Of a stretch of DNA of 64,000 nucleotides, positions 28,339-39,266 are shown in pieces. The notes under the pieces are model-generated. The model did not search any database and was not told the origin of the DNA. It was given only the letters and a program-made list of their open reading frames with translations. Source of the stretch: an uncultured bacterium (lineage in GTDB: Bacteria; Muiribacteriota; UBA6191); assembly GCA_964503595.1 (NCBI GenBank), contig CAZDAM010000005.1, positions 7,597 through 71,596 of the forward strand, given 5' to 3'. Both the position numbers and the translations under genes were made by a program. The first letter of the stretch is position 1; each line of letters begins with the position of its first letter.

Positions 28339-29364
28339 CTAGATGATGAACACAGGCTTTTGGGGACAGGCCAGCTCATTCAGACTCATGCGGGAAAAGG
28401 CTGCCAGATCAAGGCGGGACGTCTGCCCCAGAGCAAATCGCTCCATGGCGGCCTGGGCAACCATTGCAGCATTGTCAGTGCACCAGCGAATCGGAGGAAT
28501 CGAAAGTTTCAGGCCGGATTTCCGGCATCCTCTTTCCAACTCCGATCTGAGATGGGAATTTGCCGCGACCCCACCGGCAGCAACCACTCCAAGGCAGGAA
28601 AATTCCCTGGCCGCTTTCAGGGTTTTTTTGACCAGAACTTCAACAGCAGAGTGCTGAAGGCCAGCCGCAACATCCTCCGGATTTTCCCCATCCTTCAGGG
28701 CATTCAGGCAGGCCGTCTTCAAACCGCTGAAACTGAAGTCATAATCTTTGGAGTGAAGCATAGGAGGCTTGAAAGGTACTGGCGACTGGCTGGTTTTAGC
28801 CAGTTTATCCATCAACGGCCCGGCATTGGCCCCCATACCTAGTTCACGGCCTACCTTGTCATAGACTTCTCCGATGGCATCGTCTCTGGTTTCCCCCAAG
28901 AGGCGATATTCTGCTGGCTGGGGCAGGAGATAGAGAGAGGAATGCCCACCAGAGACCAGAAGACCTACCGAAGGGTAATGGATTTCTCCTTCAAGACGGG
29001 CGGCTGCCAGATGAGCCTCCATATGATGAATGCCCAAAAAGGGTTTTTCACACATCATGGCCAGAGTTTTTCCCAGATTCAACCCAACCAGAAGAGAGCC
29101 CACCAGGCCCGGTCCCGCAGTGGCGGCAAAGGCATCCATATCCCAAAGGCGATAGCCGGTTTCCGAAAAGAGTTCTTCCAGAAGCGGGAAAATTGCATCC
29201 AGATGCCCCCGGGCGGCAATTTCCGGGACAACCCCGCCGAAATCACGATGAAGCCCGGCCTGGGAACGACTCAGGCATTTCACCAGACCCTGGCTTCTGT
29301 TCATGATTGCAAGTGACGTATCATCGCAGCTGGACTCAATCGCCAGAATGGTTTGAATGGACAC
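28339..29364 (-). CDS. tsaD: tRNA N6-adenosine threonylcarbamoyltransferase
   Basis: Has ILAIESSCDDTSLAI and the Kae1/Gcp metal-binding His pair (HMEAH), 341 aa. Confidence 0.9.
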   Translation of the reverse strand: MSIQTILAIESSCDDTSLAIMNRSQGLVKCLSRSQAGLHRDFGGVVPEIAARGHLDAIFPLLEELFSETGYRLWDMDAFAATAGPGLVGSLLVGLNLGKTLAMMCEKPFLGIHHMEAHLAAARLEGEIHYPSVGLLVSGGHSSLYLLPQPAEYRLLGETRDDAIGEVYDKVGRELGMGANAGPLMDKLAKTSQSPVPFKPPMLHSKDYDFSFSGLKTACLNALKDGENPEDVAAGLQHSAVEVLVKKTLKAAREFSCLGVVAAGGVAANSHLRSELERGCRKSGLKLSIPPIRWCTDNAAMVAQAAMERFALGQTSRLDLAAFSRMSLNELACPQKPVFII

Positions 29365-29367
29365 GGA

Positions 29368-30276
29368 CTACCTGAGAACAAGGGTGGGAATCTGCACCCG
29401 GGACAGAAGTTCTTCTGTCGTCGAACCCAGAATCAGGTGACGCATGAAACTCTGGGAATAGGAACCCATGGCAATCATGTCACAGGAACGGGCTTCAGCG
29501 TGACGCAACAGGGATTCCACCACTTCTCCCCGAAGCACACTGGCCTCAAACTTCACATTGTGATTGTCCAGGTAGCTGATGGCTTCTTCACAGACCTTGT
29601 CCGCATTCTCGACAACTCCGTCATCCACCACACAGACTTCCAGCTCAATCCGTTCGTAACCCGAAACAGCCTGAGTTACAAACTGCAGGGCATTGCTGGA
29701 TTTATCACTTCCGTCATAGGCCAGAAGAATTCGGCTGACATAGAATTTCTCACAGGCCGCAGGAACCACAATGATGGGACGGTTGACCCGGCGAATCACT
29801 TCTTCAAAGGTGCTTCCCAGAAGAATCTCCGACATCCGGAAATGCTCGCCCTTGGTTCCGATCACAACCAGATCATGGCGGTGACCTTCCTCGGTAATAC
29901 TTTCTGCTACAACGCCCTCAGGCGAAAGAAAGCCCCCTTCCAGTCCTGACTCCTTGAGCCCGGCCTCAAAGGCGTCCCTGAGAGTGTCACGGATTTCCTC
30001 CAGACGCTTGCGGACAACTTCCTGAAAATTGGGCACAGAAGCCATTCCCATGGAATAGAAGACATCCTCCATGAAAGGAGAATAGAGCTTGCGTACATCA
30101 AGAACGTGGACTCCATCCACCCGGGCCTTGAAGTAACAGCCAATTTCGAGGGCATATTTCTGTACAATCGGGGTGTTATCGGCAGCGTCCAGTCCTACCA
30201 GAATGCTCTTGATCATGGCTGACTCCTTCCATATCTGGCGCAGTATCTGCACCGGATTCAGAACGTATTTTAGCAC
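29368..30276 (-). CDS. Universal stress protein, tandem UspA domains
   Basis: Two consecutive Usp domains with ATP-binding-like G-x2-G-x9-G(S/T) segments. Confidence 0.8.
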   Translation of the reverse strand: MLKYVLNPVQILRQIWKESAMIKSILVGLDAADNTPIVQKYALEIGCYFKARVDGVHVLDVRKLYSPFMEDVFYSMGMASVPNFQEVVRKRLEEIRDTLRDAFEAGLKESGLEGGFLSPEGVVAESITEEGHRHDLVVIGTKGEHFRMSEILLGSTFEEVIRRVNRPIIVVPAACEKFYVSRILLAYDGSDKSSNALQFVTQAVSGYERIELEVCVVDDGVVENADKVCEEAISYLDNHNVKFEASVLRGEVVESLLRHAEARSCDMIAMGSYSQSFMRHLILGSTTEELLSRVQIPTLVLR

Positions 30277-30311
30277 ATTTCAGGATACATAAAGGCGAAT
30301 CCGGCCACCTC

Positions 30312-31193
30312 TCAACGGATTTTTCGCCGTACAAGCTCAAAGTAGTCGTGAGGAAAAACTTCGGCCATGGGAATGCGGTTGGGAGCCGATTTCACCAGAA
30401 CCTCATCCCCATCCCTCAACGCAAATCCAACCTGTCCGTCCAGAGTCAGAAGCACCCTGGTTTTCACGTAGTCATTATGCTGGACAGGACGGATTTTCAG
30501 TTCTTCATTCGGGGCAAAAACCCAGGGTCTCACCCTTAGGCTATGGGTACAGATGGGAGAAAGCAGCAGAACATCAAAACCGGGATGCACCAGAGGACCA
30601 CCGGCAGAAAGTGAATACCCGGTGGAACCGGTAGGTGTTGAAACCAGAACTCCGTCACCTGGGTAGGTATCCACAAGTCTTCCCGAGGCCTCTACCTCGA
30701 AATTGACGATCCTGCTTAGAGAACCCACTTTCAAAACGGCATCATTAAGCCCATAGAATGTGGCAACCCTGGCTCCGTCCCGCAAGACCTGGGCCTGAAG
30801 CATCAGACGGGTCTTCAACTGATAATGTCCCGTTGCCAGCCGTTTCAGCCCCTCAATCAGACTTTCCTTTTCCAGACTGGTCAGAAAACCGACGGTTCCG
30901 GCATGGACTCCAACCAGAATCGAATGGTGGCGGGCACAGTCACGGGCGGCCCTTAAAATGGAACCATCTCCCCCGAAGACCAGAAGAAAACGGCTCTGGC
31001 GAGTCAGATCCTTCATCTTGAGGGCTGTCACATCAAAGCCTGCCGCCTCCATAGCTGTTTTTTCCATGGCATAGGAATGCCCGTTTTCCTCCAACCAGTC
31101 CATGGCTGTGCGTGCCAGTTCCAGACAACGCCGGTTGGCCGCAAAACAGACAAGGCCAAACTCAATGCTCTCCCACTCACTCTTGTTCTGCAT
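30312..31193 (-). CDS. nadK: NAD kinase
   Basis: Has the GGDGSILRAAR motif and the NADK C-terminal beta-sandwich. Confidence 0.85.
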   Translation of the reverse strand: MQNKSEWESIEFGLVCFAANRRCLELARTAMDWLEENGHSYAMEKTAMEAAGFDVTALKMKDLTRQSRFLLVFGGDGSILRAARDCARHHSILVGVHAGTVGFLTSLEKESLIEGLKRLATGHYQLKTRLMLQAQVLRDGARVATFYGLNDAVLKVGSLSRIVNFEVEASGRLVDTYPGDGVLVSTPTGSTGYSLSAGGPLVHPGFDVLLLSPICTHSLRVRPWVFAPNEELKIRPVQHNDYVKTRVLLTLDGQVGFALRDGDEVLVKSAPNRIPMAEVFPHDYFELVRRKIR

Positions 31194-32292
31194 TTTCCTC
31201 GCTAAGATCCTGAAGCTGGGAGTTCAGAAGTTCCCTTAAACGCTGATTGGCTCCGCCCCGAAGAAGCCTCAACCTTTCCCTGGCATGAGTATCATAGACA
31301 CTTCCAAGAAGCTCACGATACAAAGCCCCCGCTCTTTTGGAATCATTCACGGACCAGAAATAATCCGCAAGCTCAAGCTGAAGCTGGCTGTCTCTGGGCA
31401 GAGGGTTCATCGACTTCAAAAGCATCAGAGCCTGATCTTCACGTTTTTCTTCCTGATACAGGCGGTACAGAAGCTCCTGCTCTTCAAAGCGCGGGCTCTC
31501 GATTCCTTCAAGGAGGGAAATCGCCTCTGCTTTCTTGCTCTCATCCACCAGTTTTAAAGCCTGAAGATAGGGCTTCAGACGTTTCTCAACCTCAGATGCC
31601 GTGCCACAGCAGGCACTCACCACATGTTTTCCGTCCACTTTCAGAGGCTCCAGGTCCTCGGTACGAAAACTGATCGTAAGCCACTGCATGGAACGCAGGG
31701 ATTCAAGCTTGAAATCTTCTGCCTTCCTTCCTGCAGAAAGCCAGCGCCCAAGAAGGGAGTCAAGAGCTCTCAGGCGCATCAGCAGGGAAAGATTCAGACC
31801 CTCTGGAGCTTTCTGTGGATCTTTGGCATTTTCCTTTGAAGGGGAAGGAATCACAGTCTTCAAATCCAGAATCGGCGCCCGAAAATCGGATTGCATCAGC
31901 TCAGCCCTGACCGCATTCAGTTCAGCCTGGCGGTCTTCCTGGCGCTCCTGAAGCCTTGCCATCAGATCCGGTGAGTCAGGATTGAATTCAAGTCCTCTTC
32001 GTAAAGCCTGCTCGGCAAGATAAGGGTCCTGCTCCTCAAGCAGATCCGACATGAGAATATAGGATGAAATATCCTGAGGATTATTCTTCAGGTGCATCGA
32101 AAGTTTGCGCAGGGCGGATTCCTTGCGACCATACTTCAGTTCGAATTTTACCAGCTCGATAACAGACGAATAGCCCGCTCTGCGTACTCTTTCCACCCCT
32201 TCAATGGTAACCCTGCGATCCACTGCACTGGCTGAGAAAGTCAGCAGGGCCAGAATCCAGAAAAAGCGGAATGACACAGGCGGGCTCTCCAC
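31177..32292 (-). CDS. Secreted TPR-like repeat protein
   Basis: Signal peptide, then helical repeats (LKNNPQDISSYILMSDLLEEQDPYLAEQALRRGLEFNPDSPDL). Overlaps nadK by 17 nt. Confidence 0.5.
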   Translation of the reverse strand: MESPPVSFRFFWILALLTFSASAVDRRVTIEGVERVRRAGYSSVIELVKFELKYGRKESALRKLSMHLKNNPQDISSYILMSDLLEEQDPYLAEQALRRGLEFNPDSPDLMARLQERQEDRQAELNAVRAELMQSDFRAPILDLKTVIPSPSKENAKDPQKAPEGLNLSLLMRLRALDSLLGRWLSAGRKAEDFKLESLRSMQWLTISFRTEDLEPLKVDGKHVVSACCGTASEVEKRLKPYLQALKLVDESKKAEAISLLEGIESPRFEEQELLYRLYQEEKREDQALMLLKSMNPLPRDSQLQLELADYFWSVNDSKRAGALYRELLGSVYDTHARERLRLLRGGANQRLRELLNSQLQDLSEENAEQE

Positions 32293-32302
32293 TTGGGGAC
32301 AA

Positions 32303-32647
32303 TTACCCCAGAATGGAATCGATTTTGGACTTCAGGTCAGTCTTGGGGTAAGCTCCCATGATCTGATCTGCAATCTCCCCACTCTTGAACAGAATGAGGT
32401 TAGGAATGGAGCGAACCTTGTAGCGGCGGGCCAGTTCAGGATTTTCATCCACATTGACCTTGGCAATTCTCAGATTGGCGCCATATTCCGTAGCCAGTTC
32501 ATCCAGAACAGGAGACAGCATTTTGCAGGGACCACACCACTCTGCCCAGAAATCGACCAGAATCGGGCCGTCCTGTTTCAGAGCATCATCAAAATCCTGT
32601 TCCGTCAAATTCAATACCTGAGACATTATTCCTCCTGTGCCTTCCAA
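32303..32647 (-). CDS. trxA: Thioredoxin
   Basis: [10 protein letters not shown] active site, 114 aa. Confidence 0.9.
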   Translation of the reverse strand: MEGTGGIMSQVLNLTEQDFDDALKQDGPILVDFWAEWCGPCKMLSPVLDELATEYGANLRIAKVNVDENPELARRYKVRSIPNLILFKSGEIADQIMGAYPKTDLKSKIDSILG

Positions 32648-33195
32648 GGCTTTACCAGGCTTTGTTCCAAACCTATGAGCTGTAAGACCCGGGCGACCAC
32701 AAAATCCACCACATCTTCAATGGTCTTAGGGCAATGATAGAAGCCCGGAGAAGCAGGGAATATAATACCCCCCATCCTTGTGATGAACAACATGTTTTGA
32801 AGGTGAACCTCGCTATACGGAGCTTCACGAGTCACCATCACAAGCCTCCTTCTTTCCTTGAGAGCAATGTCAGCTATCCGGGTCAGAAGGGTTTCCCCCG
32901 TTCCATGCGCGACCTGCCCCAGAGTTTTCATGGAACAGGGGAGCATCAGGTAGGCATCAAAGGTATTGGAGCCGGAAGCAAGCGGAGAAAGAAAATCCCC
33001 GAGCTTATGGACCTTTACATGGGACTGTTCGCGCAGAAAGCCTCCCAGTTCCTCATGCACTTCTTCGGAAAAAACCAGCGGGGCGGTTTTGCTGTAGACC
33101 AGATGCAGATCGCACTGACCCTTGAGAACTTCAATCATTCTTTTGGCATAGGGAGCCCCGGAAGCACCAGTCATCCCCATAATGATCTTTTTCAT
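32626..33195 (-). CDS. ubiX: Flavin prenyltransferase UbiX
   Basis: [17 protein letters not shown] and the flavoprotein fold order, 189 aa. Confidence 0.85.
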   Translation of the reverse strand: MKKIIMGMTGASGAPYAKRMIEVLKGQCDLHLVYSKTAPLVFSEEVHEELGGFLREQSHVKVHKLGDFLSPLASGSNTFDAYLMLPCSMKTLGQVAHGTGETLLTRIADIALKERRRLVMVTREAPYSEVHLQNMLFITRMGGIIFPASPGFYHCPKTIEDVVDFVVARVLQLIGLEQSLVKPWKAQEE

Positions 33196-34061
33196 AAATA
33201 CACCTCAAGCAGAGCCAGACCCAGGGCTCCCACACTGATGACTGAATTCAGGCGGAAAAAGGCAAGACCGATATTTTTTTGAAGATCCTTGAGAACCAGC
33301 CGGTGCTCAAAAAGAAGAGTAAGAGCAATGATTCCCATTCCTACCTGCCAGATCAGACCAAACTCAAAACACAGGCCACAGACCCACCAGAGAACCGGCA
33401 CCAGGGCATGGCTCATGGCCGCCAGAATCCGGGCTCTTCTGGAACCGAATTTAGCCGGAATGGAATGCAGGCCATTCTTTCGATCAAACTCCTCATCCTG
33501 AAGGGCATAAAGAATGTCAAAACCATGAACCCAGAACATGATTCCGGCTCCCAGAGCCAGAACTCCGGGATGAAATTCTCCTGCTATGGCAACCCAGGCC
33601 CCAATTGGCCCCAATGCCAGAACCATACCCAGAATCAGATGGCAGAAAATGGAGAAGCGTTTCATCAAGGGATAGATCGTCAAAAGAAACAGACAGACAG
33701 GAGAAAGCTTCAGAGCCATGGGATGAAGATTCAGACAGGCCACAAAAAAGAAAACCCCGAATCCCAGAAGCCAGGGCAGAACCTCTTTTTTACCAAGCTC
33801 ACCGGATGCCATCAGGCGGTGGGACGTACGGGGATTTTTGGCATCAATTCCGGAATCCAGGAGACGATTGAGTCCCATACCCAGGGAACGGGCACTTAAA
33901 AAGGCCACCAGCACCCAGAAGAATTTCAGCCAATCCGGCCTTCCTTCACTGGCGACAATCACCGCAATCAGGGTCAGGGGCAGGGCAAACAAAGCGTGCT
34001 GGAGCTTGACCAGTTTCAGAATTTTCAGCCATTGCATGTCAGATCTTCTTTTTTCTCCCAA
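33192..34061 (-). CDS. ubiA: UbiA-family prenyltransferase (4-hydroxybenzoate polyprenyltransferase-like)
   Basis: Polytopic membrane protein with Asp-rich motifs (NRLLDSGIDAKNPRT; DEEFDRKNGLHS). Confidence 0.8.
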   Translation of the reverse strand: MGEKRRSDMQWLKILKLVKLQHALFALPLTLIAVIVASEGRPDWLKFFWVLVAFLSARSLGMGLNRLLDSGIDAKNPRTSHRLMASGELGKKEVLPWLLGFGVFFFVACLNLHPMALKLSPVCLFLLTIYPLMKRFSIFCHLILGMVLALGPIGAWVAIAGEFHPGVLALGAGIMFWVHGFDILYALQDEEFDRKNGLHSIPAKFGSRRARILAAMSHALVPVLWWVCGLCFEFGLIWQVGMGIIALTLLFEHRLVLKDLQKNIGLAFFRLNSVISVGALGLALLEVYL

Positions 34062-34765
34062 AACCTCAGGAAAAACAGGGTCAGTTCATAAAGCCCCACC
34101 AGAGGAATTGCCAGAAGGGTCTGGGTCACGACATCCGGGGGAGTCAGAATCGCGGACAGAACAAAAGCTGCCACGACGGTATGCCTGCGAAACTTCCTGA
34201 GGACAGACAGGGGCAGAACCCCCAGTCGGTTGAGAATCACAAGGGCCACCGGAAGTTCGAAGGCTCCGCCAAAAACCAGGACTACGGTCGAACAGAAGGA
34301 AACATATTTGTCAATCGATAGCTGGGGTTTCACATCGGCAATCTGAAAACCCAGCAGAAATTTCAGTCCGGATGGAATCACAAACTCCAGGGCAATCCAG
34401 GCCCCCAGGGCAAAAAGTCCGAACAGGGCAGGAAAACACCAGAAAAAGTACTTCTTTTCCGTCTCCAGAAGGCCTGGAGCCATGAAATTCCAGACTCCCA
34501 CAAGAGAATTGGGAAGAGAAAGCGCAACCCCCGCCAGAATCCCCAGCCGGATCTGCACCATAAAGCCTTCGGTAGGAGCAATCATGATAAATTCCACCGG
34601 CTGTTTCTCGGCCAGTTTCATCAGGAATTTCAGAAGATATTCCGAACCGAAAAGGCCCAGAATACTGCACACCACAATTCCTTTGAGGATCGTGAACAGA
34701 ACCTGACGCAACTCCTCCAGATGATCAAGAATGCCCATGCGGGCTTCCGGGTTTTCCTGGTTCAT
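34025..34765 (-). CDS. tatC: Sec-independent protein translocase TatC
   Basis: ILDHLEELR... and six TM segments typical of TatC. No tatA seen within 64 kb. Confidence 0.9.
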   Translation of the reverse strand: MNQENPEARMGILDHLEELRQVLFTILKGIVVCSILGLFGSEYLLKFLMKLAEKQPVEFIMIAPTEGFMVQIRLGILAGVALSLPNSLVGVWNFMAPGLLETEKKYFFWCFPALFGLFALGAWIALEFVIPSGLKFLLGFQIADVKPQLSIDKYVSFCSTVVLVFGGAFELPVALVILNRLGVLPLSVLRKFRRHTVVAAFVLSAILTPPDVVTQTLLAIPLVGLYELTLFFLRFWEKKEDLTCNG

Positions 34766-36588
34766 CAGTGAATCTCCGGCAGTGCCCGATACCCCTGCTC
34801 CACGATAACCCGATTGTCCCGGGCCAGATTGCGCCAGTAAATCCAGTCATCAGCAAAAAGGCCGTGCAGGTTGTCCACCATATGGTTTTTGATGTCGGCA
34901 TCAAAACGGATGTAAATATCCGAAGGAGCCGCCTCCCGATTCAGGTTTTCCACGGCAAGATTCCCCAGAATATCGACTTTACGGGTTCCCTGGCGGGCCA
35001 GGCCTTCCTGAGCATAAATCGCCGATTCCACCCGCAGTTCTCCGGCCCTGGCCAGAACCACTTCAGCATTCAGACTGACCAGACTCAATGTATCTTTGGG
35101 ATGAACCTTCACCAGATCCTCTTCCACCACAATCTGTTTGTCCGAAACAATCATACCCCGGCCCGTGTAGGGGCCTCCAAGTTGAACCCCTTCCCGAAAA
35201 TACCAGATTCCATCAAGCTCAAGCGGCCGTGAAGCTGTCCCGAATAGACGAACCCTTTTGTCAAAAACAACGGTAGCAACATTCATCCCGTTGACTCTCA
35301 GACGTTCCAGATTTTCAACATCCTTATGCTGAGGATAACGTCTGGGATACTCAAGCAGCGTATTGATAGTGTACTGCTCAGGAGCCACTTCCTCCGGTTC
35401 CACAATGCCATAGTGGGTCGGATAGATTTTGCGGTAACGCTTGTAGACCAGCCCTTCATAGTGGGTGTAAACCGACATATAGGGATCATGCAGACGGTTG
35501 TCATGAAAGAGATAGCCCACCTCGGGCAGATCTCTCCACCCTCCTGATTCAGCAAAATAGTTGATGATGTCATCCGCGGCAAAGAAAGGCATGTAGACTT
35601 CCAGACGTCCATTGGTTCTGACCCTACCCCAGTTTCTGGGATTCAGGGAAAGGATGATGTTATCGACCGTCTCAGAAATCGTATCATCTGAGACTACCTT
35701 GGAAATTTCATCAATCAGAGCAATGGACTCTTCCAAAGACTCGGATTTGAAGCCCTCCGAGAGAGCACTGTTGAGATTCTCAATCAGCTCTCTGGCTTTG
35801 TCGGTGTGAGCATCCACCTCTACCGAAAGTGCATCTTCCACCTGACGACTCAGACGTTTCAGAAGCTTCAGAATGATGGGAGGAAGATCCAGATTGGAGA
35901 GAACAAAACTCCCTTCCTTCAGAACCTCCTCCTTGCTGGAATGCAAAAACAGGGTATGATCGGGGGCTGGTGGAGAAATATCGGTAACCCGGAAGATTTT
36001 GGCCATTTCCACGGTTGAGGACATCCCATCCACGTAGGCATGACCCCTGAGTCTCACCTTGGCCTGAATTCCTCCCAGGGGCTCCAGATCAATGACGGAA
36101 AGAGCATTTCGGGGCTTCTGGTGGACCTTCAGACTGTCCGGTATCTTTTCCCTGAAATCAATGAAGGTGGAAAAATCATTGCTGATGACATCCCTGACTT
36201 CAACCACCACAGCAGCCTGACCGCCCGCAATCAGTTCATCCGGTTCAAGGCGCATCACTTTGGAAAAACCAGCCAGACGATCGATATCAATCAGATCCAG
36301 AAGATCGGTATTGATCTCAAAAACAGGATCACCGGTTGTCGCGTCTTTCTCCATATGAACCAGTTCGTTAAGAAACTGGCTCTCAAGACGGGAAATCGCT
36401 TTTTCCACAGCACTTTCTGCCAAAAGCCTTGCCTTGATCCGAGCTTCCATCATGCGAATCGAGGCCGTCTGGTTGGACGTGATATAGACAAAGCTGACGC
36501 CAAAGATAAAGAGCACCGAAATGATGCCAAAAACGATAAAAATCGAAGAGCCCCGCCTTGTGAGGCGGGGCTTCATTCCCAAACTCAT
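34765..36588 (-). CDS. Large PilX/GspK-like type IV pilus-associated protein
   Basis: N-terminal RRGSSIFIVFGIISVLFIFGVSF...ARLLAESAVEKAI fits the PilX_N pattern (single TM plus amphipathic helix). The 607-aa protein lies immediately downstream of pilQ in the same operon. Confidence 0.5.
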   Translation of the reverse strand: MSLGMKPRLTRRGSSIFIVFGIISVLFIFGVSFVYITSNQTASIRMMEARIKARLLAESAVEKAISRLESQFLNELVHMEKDATTGDPVFEINTDLLDLIDIDRLAGFSKVMRLEPDELIAGGQAAVVVEVRDVISNDFSTFIDFREKIPDSLKVHQKPRNALSVIDLEPLGGIQAKVRLRGHAYVDGMSSTVEMAKIFRVTDISPPAPDHTLFLHSSKEEVLKEGSFVLSNLDLPPIILKLLKRLSRQVEDALSVEVDAHTDKARELIENLNSALSEGFKSESLEESIALIDEISKVVSDDTISETVDNIILSLNPRNWGRVRTNGRLEVYMPFFAADDIINYFAESGGWRDLPEVGYLFHDNRLHDPYMSVYTHYEGLVYKRYRKIYPTHYGIVEPEEVAPEQYTINTLLEYPRRYPQHKDVENLERLRVNGMNVATVVFDKRVRLFGTASRPLELDGIWYFREGVQLGGPYTGRGMIVSDKQIVVEEDLVKVHPKDTLSLVSLNAEVVLARAGELRVESAIYAQEGLARQGTRKVDILGNLAVENLNREAAPSDIYIRFDADIKNHMVDNLHGLFADDWIYWRNLARDNRVIVEQGYRALPEIH

Positions 36589-36618
36589 GCGTCCATTCTA
36601 ACGCTTGGCACAAGTCGC

Positions 36619-38121
36619 TTACAATCCACCAAACTCATCTCCGAAATCATCCCCGAAATCATTTCCCGGAAAAATGTCATTCATGGGAGGAGGAGTCGGC
36701 TGGGAAGGCCTTGGATTCATGCTGTCTGTCGGCGGAATTCTGGACGAATCAGCGACCAGTTCACCAAAATCAGTTGCAGCAATATTCTGCTTCACAATCT
36801 TAGGAGTGATCAGAATCACGATTTCCTTGGATTTCGGAGCATAGCTGTTTTTGGTAAAGATATGCTTCAGGAAAGGCAGGTTGGAAAGAAAAGGAATCTT
36901 CTGCACAGAACGGCTTTCTTCCTCTTCCACCAGACCACCCACCAGAATTTCCTCTCCATCCTGAACCTGAAGGGTTGTCACCACATTGGTACTGTCCAGT
37001 GTCGGCAGACCATTGGTATTCAGGGCAACTGTGGATTTGGTCAGTTCAATCTCAAGGACAATGAAGCCCTGATTATTGATCTGGGGAGTGATTTGCATTT
37101 CTGTTCCGGCTTCCCGGCTATCGGTCCCCTGCTCCACTCCACCGGAGTTGAACACCAGTTCCCGGCCAATCTTCAGATTGGAAGGAACCCCATTCATGGC
37201 AATCACCCGAGGAGAAGAAAGGATTCTTGACTCCGAAGTCTGGGTAATTGCAGAGAACACGGCATTAAAAAAGAAGTTGGTCCGAAAGAAATCTCCAAAA
37301 TTGAACAGGTTCATCCCCGTGGGCTGTCCGGGACTGTTGTACTGGCTTTCATTATCCAGAACCCGTGCATATTCGGTGAACTGCAGGAAGCTTCCGGCTC
37401 CAGGATTGGCTACAGCATTCGGAGCGGTTCCACCGGTTCCCCATCCCCAGTCAAATCCAAGCGTATTGTTGAAGTTCGAGCTTACTTCCACAATTTTCAC
37501 ATCAATCATGACCTGAGGAACAGGACGATCCACCTTTTCCAGAAGCTCTTCAATTCTTGGAAACATATCCACAGGGGCAGAAACAATCAGGGCATTCAGA
37601 CGAGGTTCAATCTGAACATTGATTTCCCCCGCCGTCTGCTTTCCCAGAAGCGGTGTAATGATGGCCGAAATCTTTTCCGCCTTGGCATAGCTTAAGCGGT
37701 AGGTCTTGGTCACACCCTGATCGAAGTTCTTGGAAATAGTGGTCTTGGGAGCAATCACCAGCGTATTGCCGATTTCACGCATATCCAGCTCATTGGTTTT
37801 CAGGATCAGATCAAGCCCCTGTCTCCAGGGAACGTCCTTGAGCTTTAGCGTTGTTTTTCCTGACACTTTGGAGTCAACGACCACATTCATATTGGTGGGC
37901 TGCACAATTGCCGGAATCACAAGTTCCAGTGGTGCGTTCTCCATCCTCAGATTGATCAGAGGTCCGTCGTCCATGTTCACATCATCTGCTCTCACATCCG
38001 TTGAGGACAGGCAGAATGCCATAAACATTGAAGTGCCAATTTTGCGTAGCTTCGTGAGCTTCAACATGGGAATGCTCCTTATTCCTGTCTTCGTCACAAT
38101 CGACAGGATCAGAAGCATCAA
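36619..38121 (-). CDS. pilQ: Type IV pilus secretin PilQ
   Basis: Has N0/N1-type domains and a secretin domain (VPFLSNLPFLKHIF...ILITPKIV). The unusual acidic C-terminal tail is NDIFPGNDFGDDFGDEFGGL. Confidence 0.85.
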   Translation of the reverse strand: MMLLILSIVTKTGIRSIPMLKLTKLRKIGTSMFMAFCLSSTDVRADDVNMDDGPLINLRMENAPLELVIPAIVQPTNMNVVVDSKVSGKTTLKLKDVPWRQGLDLILKTNELDMREIGNTLVIAPKTTISKNFDQGVTKTYRLSYAKAEKISAIITPLLGKQTAGEINVQIEPRLNALIVSAPVDMFPRIEELLEKVDRPVPQVMIDVKIVEVSSNFNNTLGFDWGWGTGGTAPNAVANPGAGSFLQFTEYARVLDNESQYNSPGQPTGMNLFNFGDFFRTNFFFNAVFSAITQTSESRILSSPRVIAMNGVPSNLKIGRELVFNSGGVEQGTDSREAGTEMQITPQINNQGFIVLEIELTKSTVALNTNGLPTLDSTNVVTTLQVQDGEEILVGGLVEEEESRSVQKIPFLSNLPFLKHIFTKNSYAPKSKEIVILITPKIVKQNIAATDFGELVADSSRIPPTDSMNPRPSQPTPPPMNDIFPGNDFGDDFGDEFGGL

Positions 38122-38214
38122 TTACAGTTTTGTCCCGATTTGAACGATCTTCACACGAAAAGAAAAATCCGCCGGGCTTTTTTGGCACCGACGGATTCTC
38201 TCCGGAGACAGAAA

Positions 38215-38577
38215 TCAGAAGCCGACTTCCTGCCTTCTCTGAGCGGCTTTGTGCAAAACCACCAGCTTATCGCCATCAATTGACATCACCCGAAAATCCG
38301 GTTTGTCGTCCCCATCCAAAAGAAGCATCTGGGAACCCTTGTAGCTTACAATCGCAACCCGGGCACCCGGCTCGCCCGTAATTCCCATAATTTTGATATC
38401 AAGCGGTGGAATTACCGGCTTCTGGGGAACAGGGCGGGCCACGACCTGCTGAATCGGCTTAGGAGGTGGCTTGGGAGGTTCAATCAGCTTGCGAAACGGA
38501 TCAAAGAACGGCTTCTTGATTTCTCCTTCTGCATGAATCAGCCCCACACAGAGAAACAAAAGAATCAGAATACGCAT
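38215..38577 (-). CDS. pilP: Pilus assembly protein PilP-like
   Basis: Signal peptide, Pro-rich linker (PPKPPPKP) and a C-terminal beta domain, in PilP position between pilO and pilQ. Confidence 0.55.
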   Translation of the reverse strand: MRILILLFLCVGLIHAEGEIKKPFFDPFRKLIEPPKPPPKPIQQVVARPVPQKPVIPPLDIKIMGITGEPGARVAIVSYKGSQMLLLDGDDKPDFRVMSIDGDKLVVLHKAAQRRQEVGF

Positions 38578-38588
38578 AAAAACCTCGC

Positions 38589-39263
38589 TTAGCTGCCCTC
38601 GTAACGGGTGATATGAGAGCTGTCAATCAGAATCAGCTTACCATTGAACTGAACCCTGAGCTTGGGAAACTCGGTTTCCTTGGTATAGGTCTTAAGCTCG
38701 ACCGGTTTTCCATTGACATCCGTCAGATTGGTCCGGCGAGTTGTCTGCTCTTCCAGATCCTTGACCTTGACCCCACGATCTACCCCACCACCAGTAATGG
38801 TGAGCTCGGACTGGGAAAAGTTGAGCATACCCCCGTTTTCAATGCGGGTCAGCAGATCGTAAAACTCGAAATAAGTCGCCTCAACCCCGAAATCCATCTG
38901 CACTTCACTATAAAGCTGCTTGGAAATCTTGGGATTGATCCGGATCTGCTTTAGGGTTGCCCCCGAATCCTGGGAATACACTTCCATATCGTTGAGAAAC
39001 CGGTTGATATCCCGATCCTTGGTTTTTTCCTTGAGAAAAGTGACGATTTCCCGTTTCTTTTCCCGGACTTTATCCTCAAGCTCCTTGATATCGCGCTGGG
39101 CCCGCTGACCCCTTTCCTTTTTGCGCCGCAGTTCTTCCATTTCCTGATCAACCCGCTTCTTGCCCTCTTCCATGGGCTGCTGAAACTGGAAGAAACCAAC
39201 GGCTACGGCAATGGCTGCCACAACAACCATCAAGAGAAAATATCCGAGTGCTCTGACTAACAT
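38589..39263 (-). CDS. pilO: Pilus assembly protein PilO
   Basis: Single N-terminal TM, coiled coil and a C-terminal ferredoxin-like domain, in pilO position. Confidence 0.65.
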   Translation of the reverse strand: MLVRALGYFLLMVVVAAIAVAVGFFQFQQPMEEGKKRVDQEMEELRRKKERGQRAQRDIKELEDKVREKKREIVTFLKEKTKDRDINRFLNDMEVYSQDSGATLKQIRINPKISKQLYSEVQMDFGVEATYFEFYDLLTRIENGGMLNFSQSELTITGGGVDRGVKVKDLEEQTTRRTNLTDVNGKPVELKTYTKETEFPKLRVQFNGKLILIDSSHITRYEGS

Positions 39264-39266
39264 GTC

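Noticed and set aside
36040-37230. 396-aa plus-strand ORF
   Set aside because: Antisense to the PilX-like and pilQ genes. It is rich in Arg/Gly/His as expected for reverse-frame translation of a GC-rich gene, and shows no homology signals.
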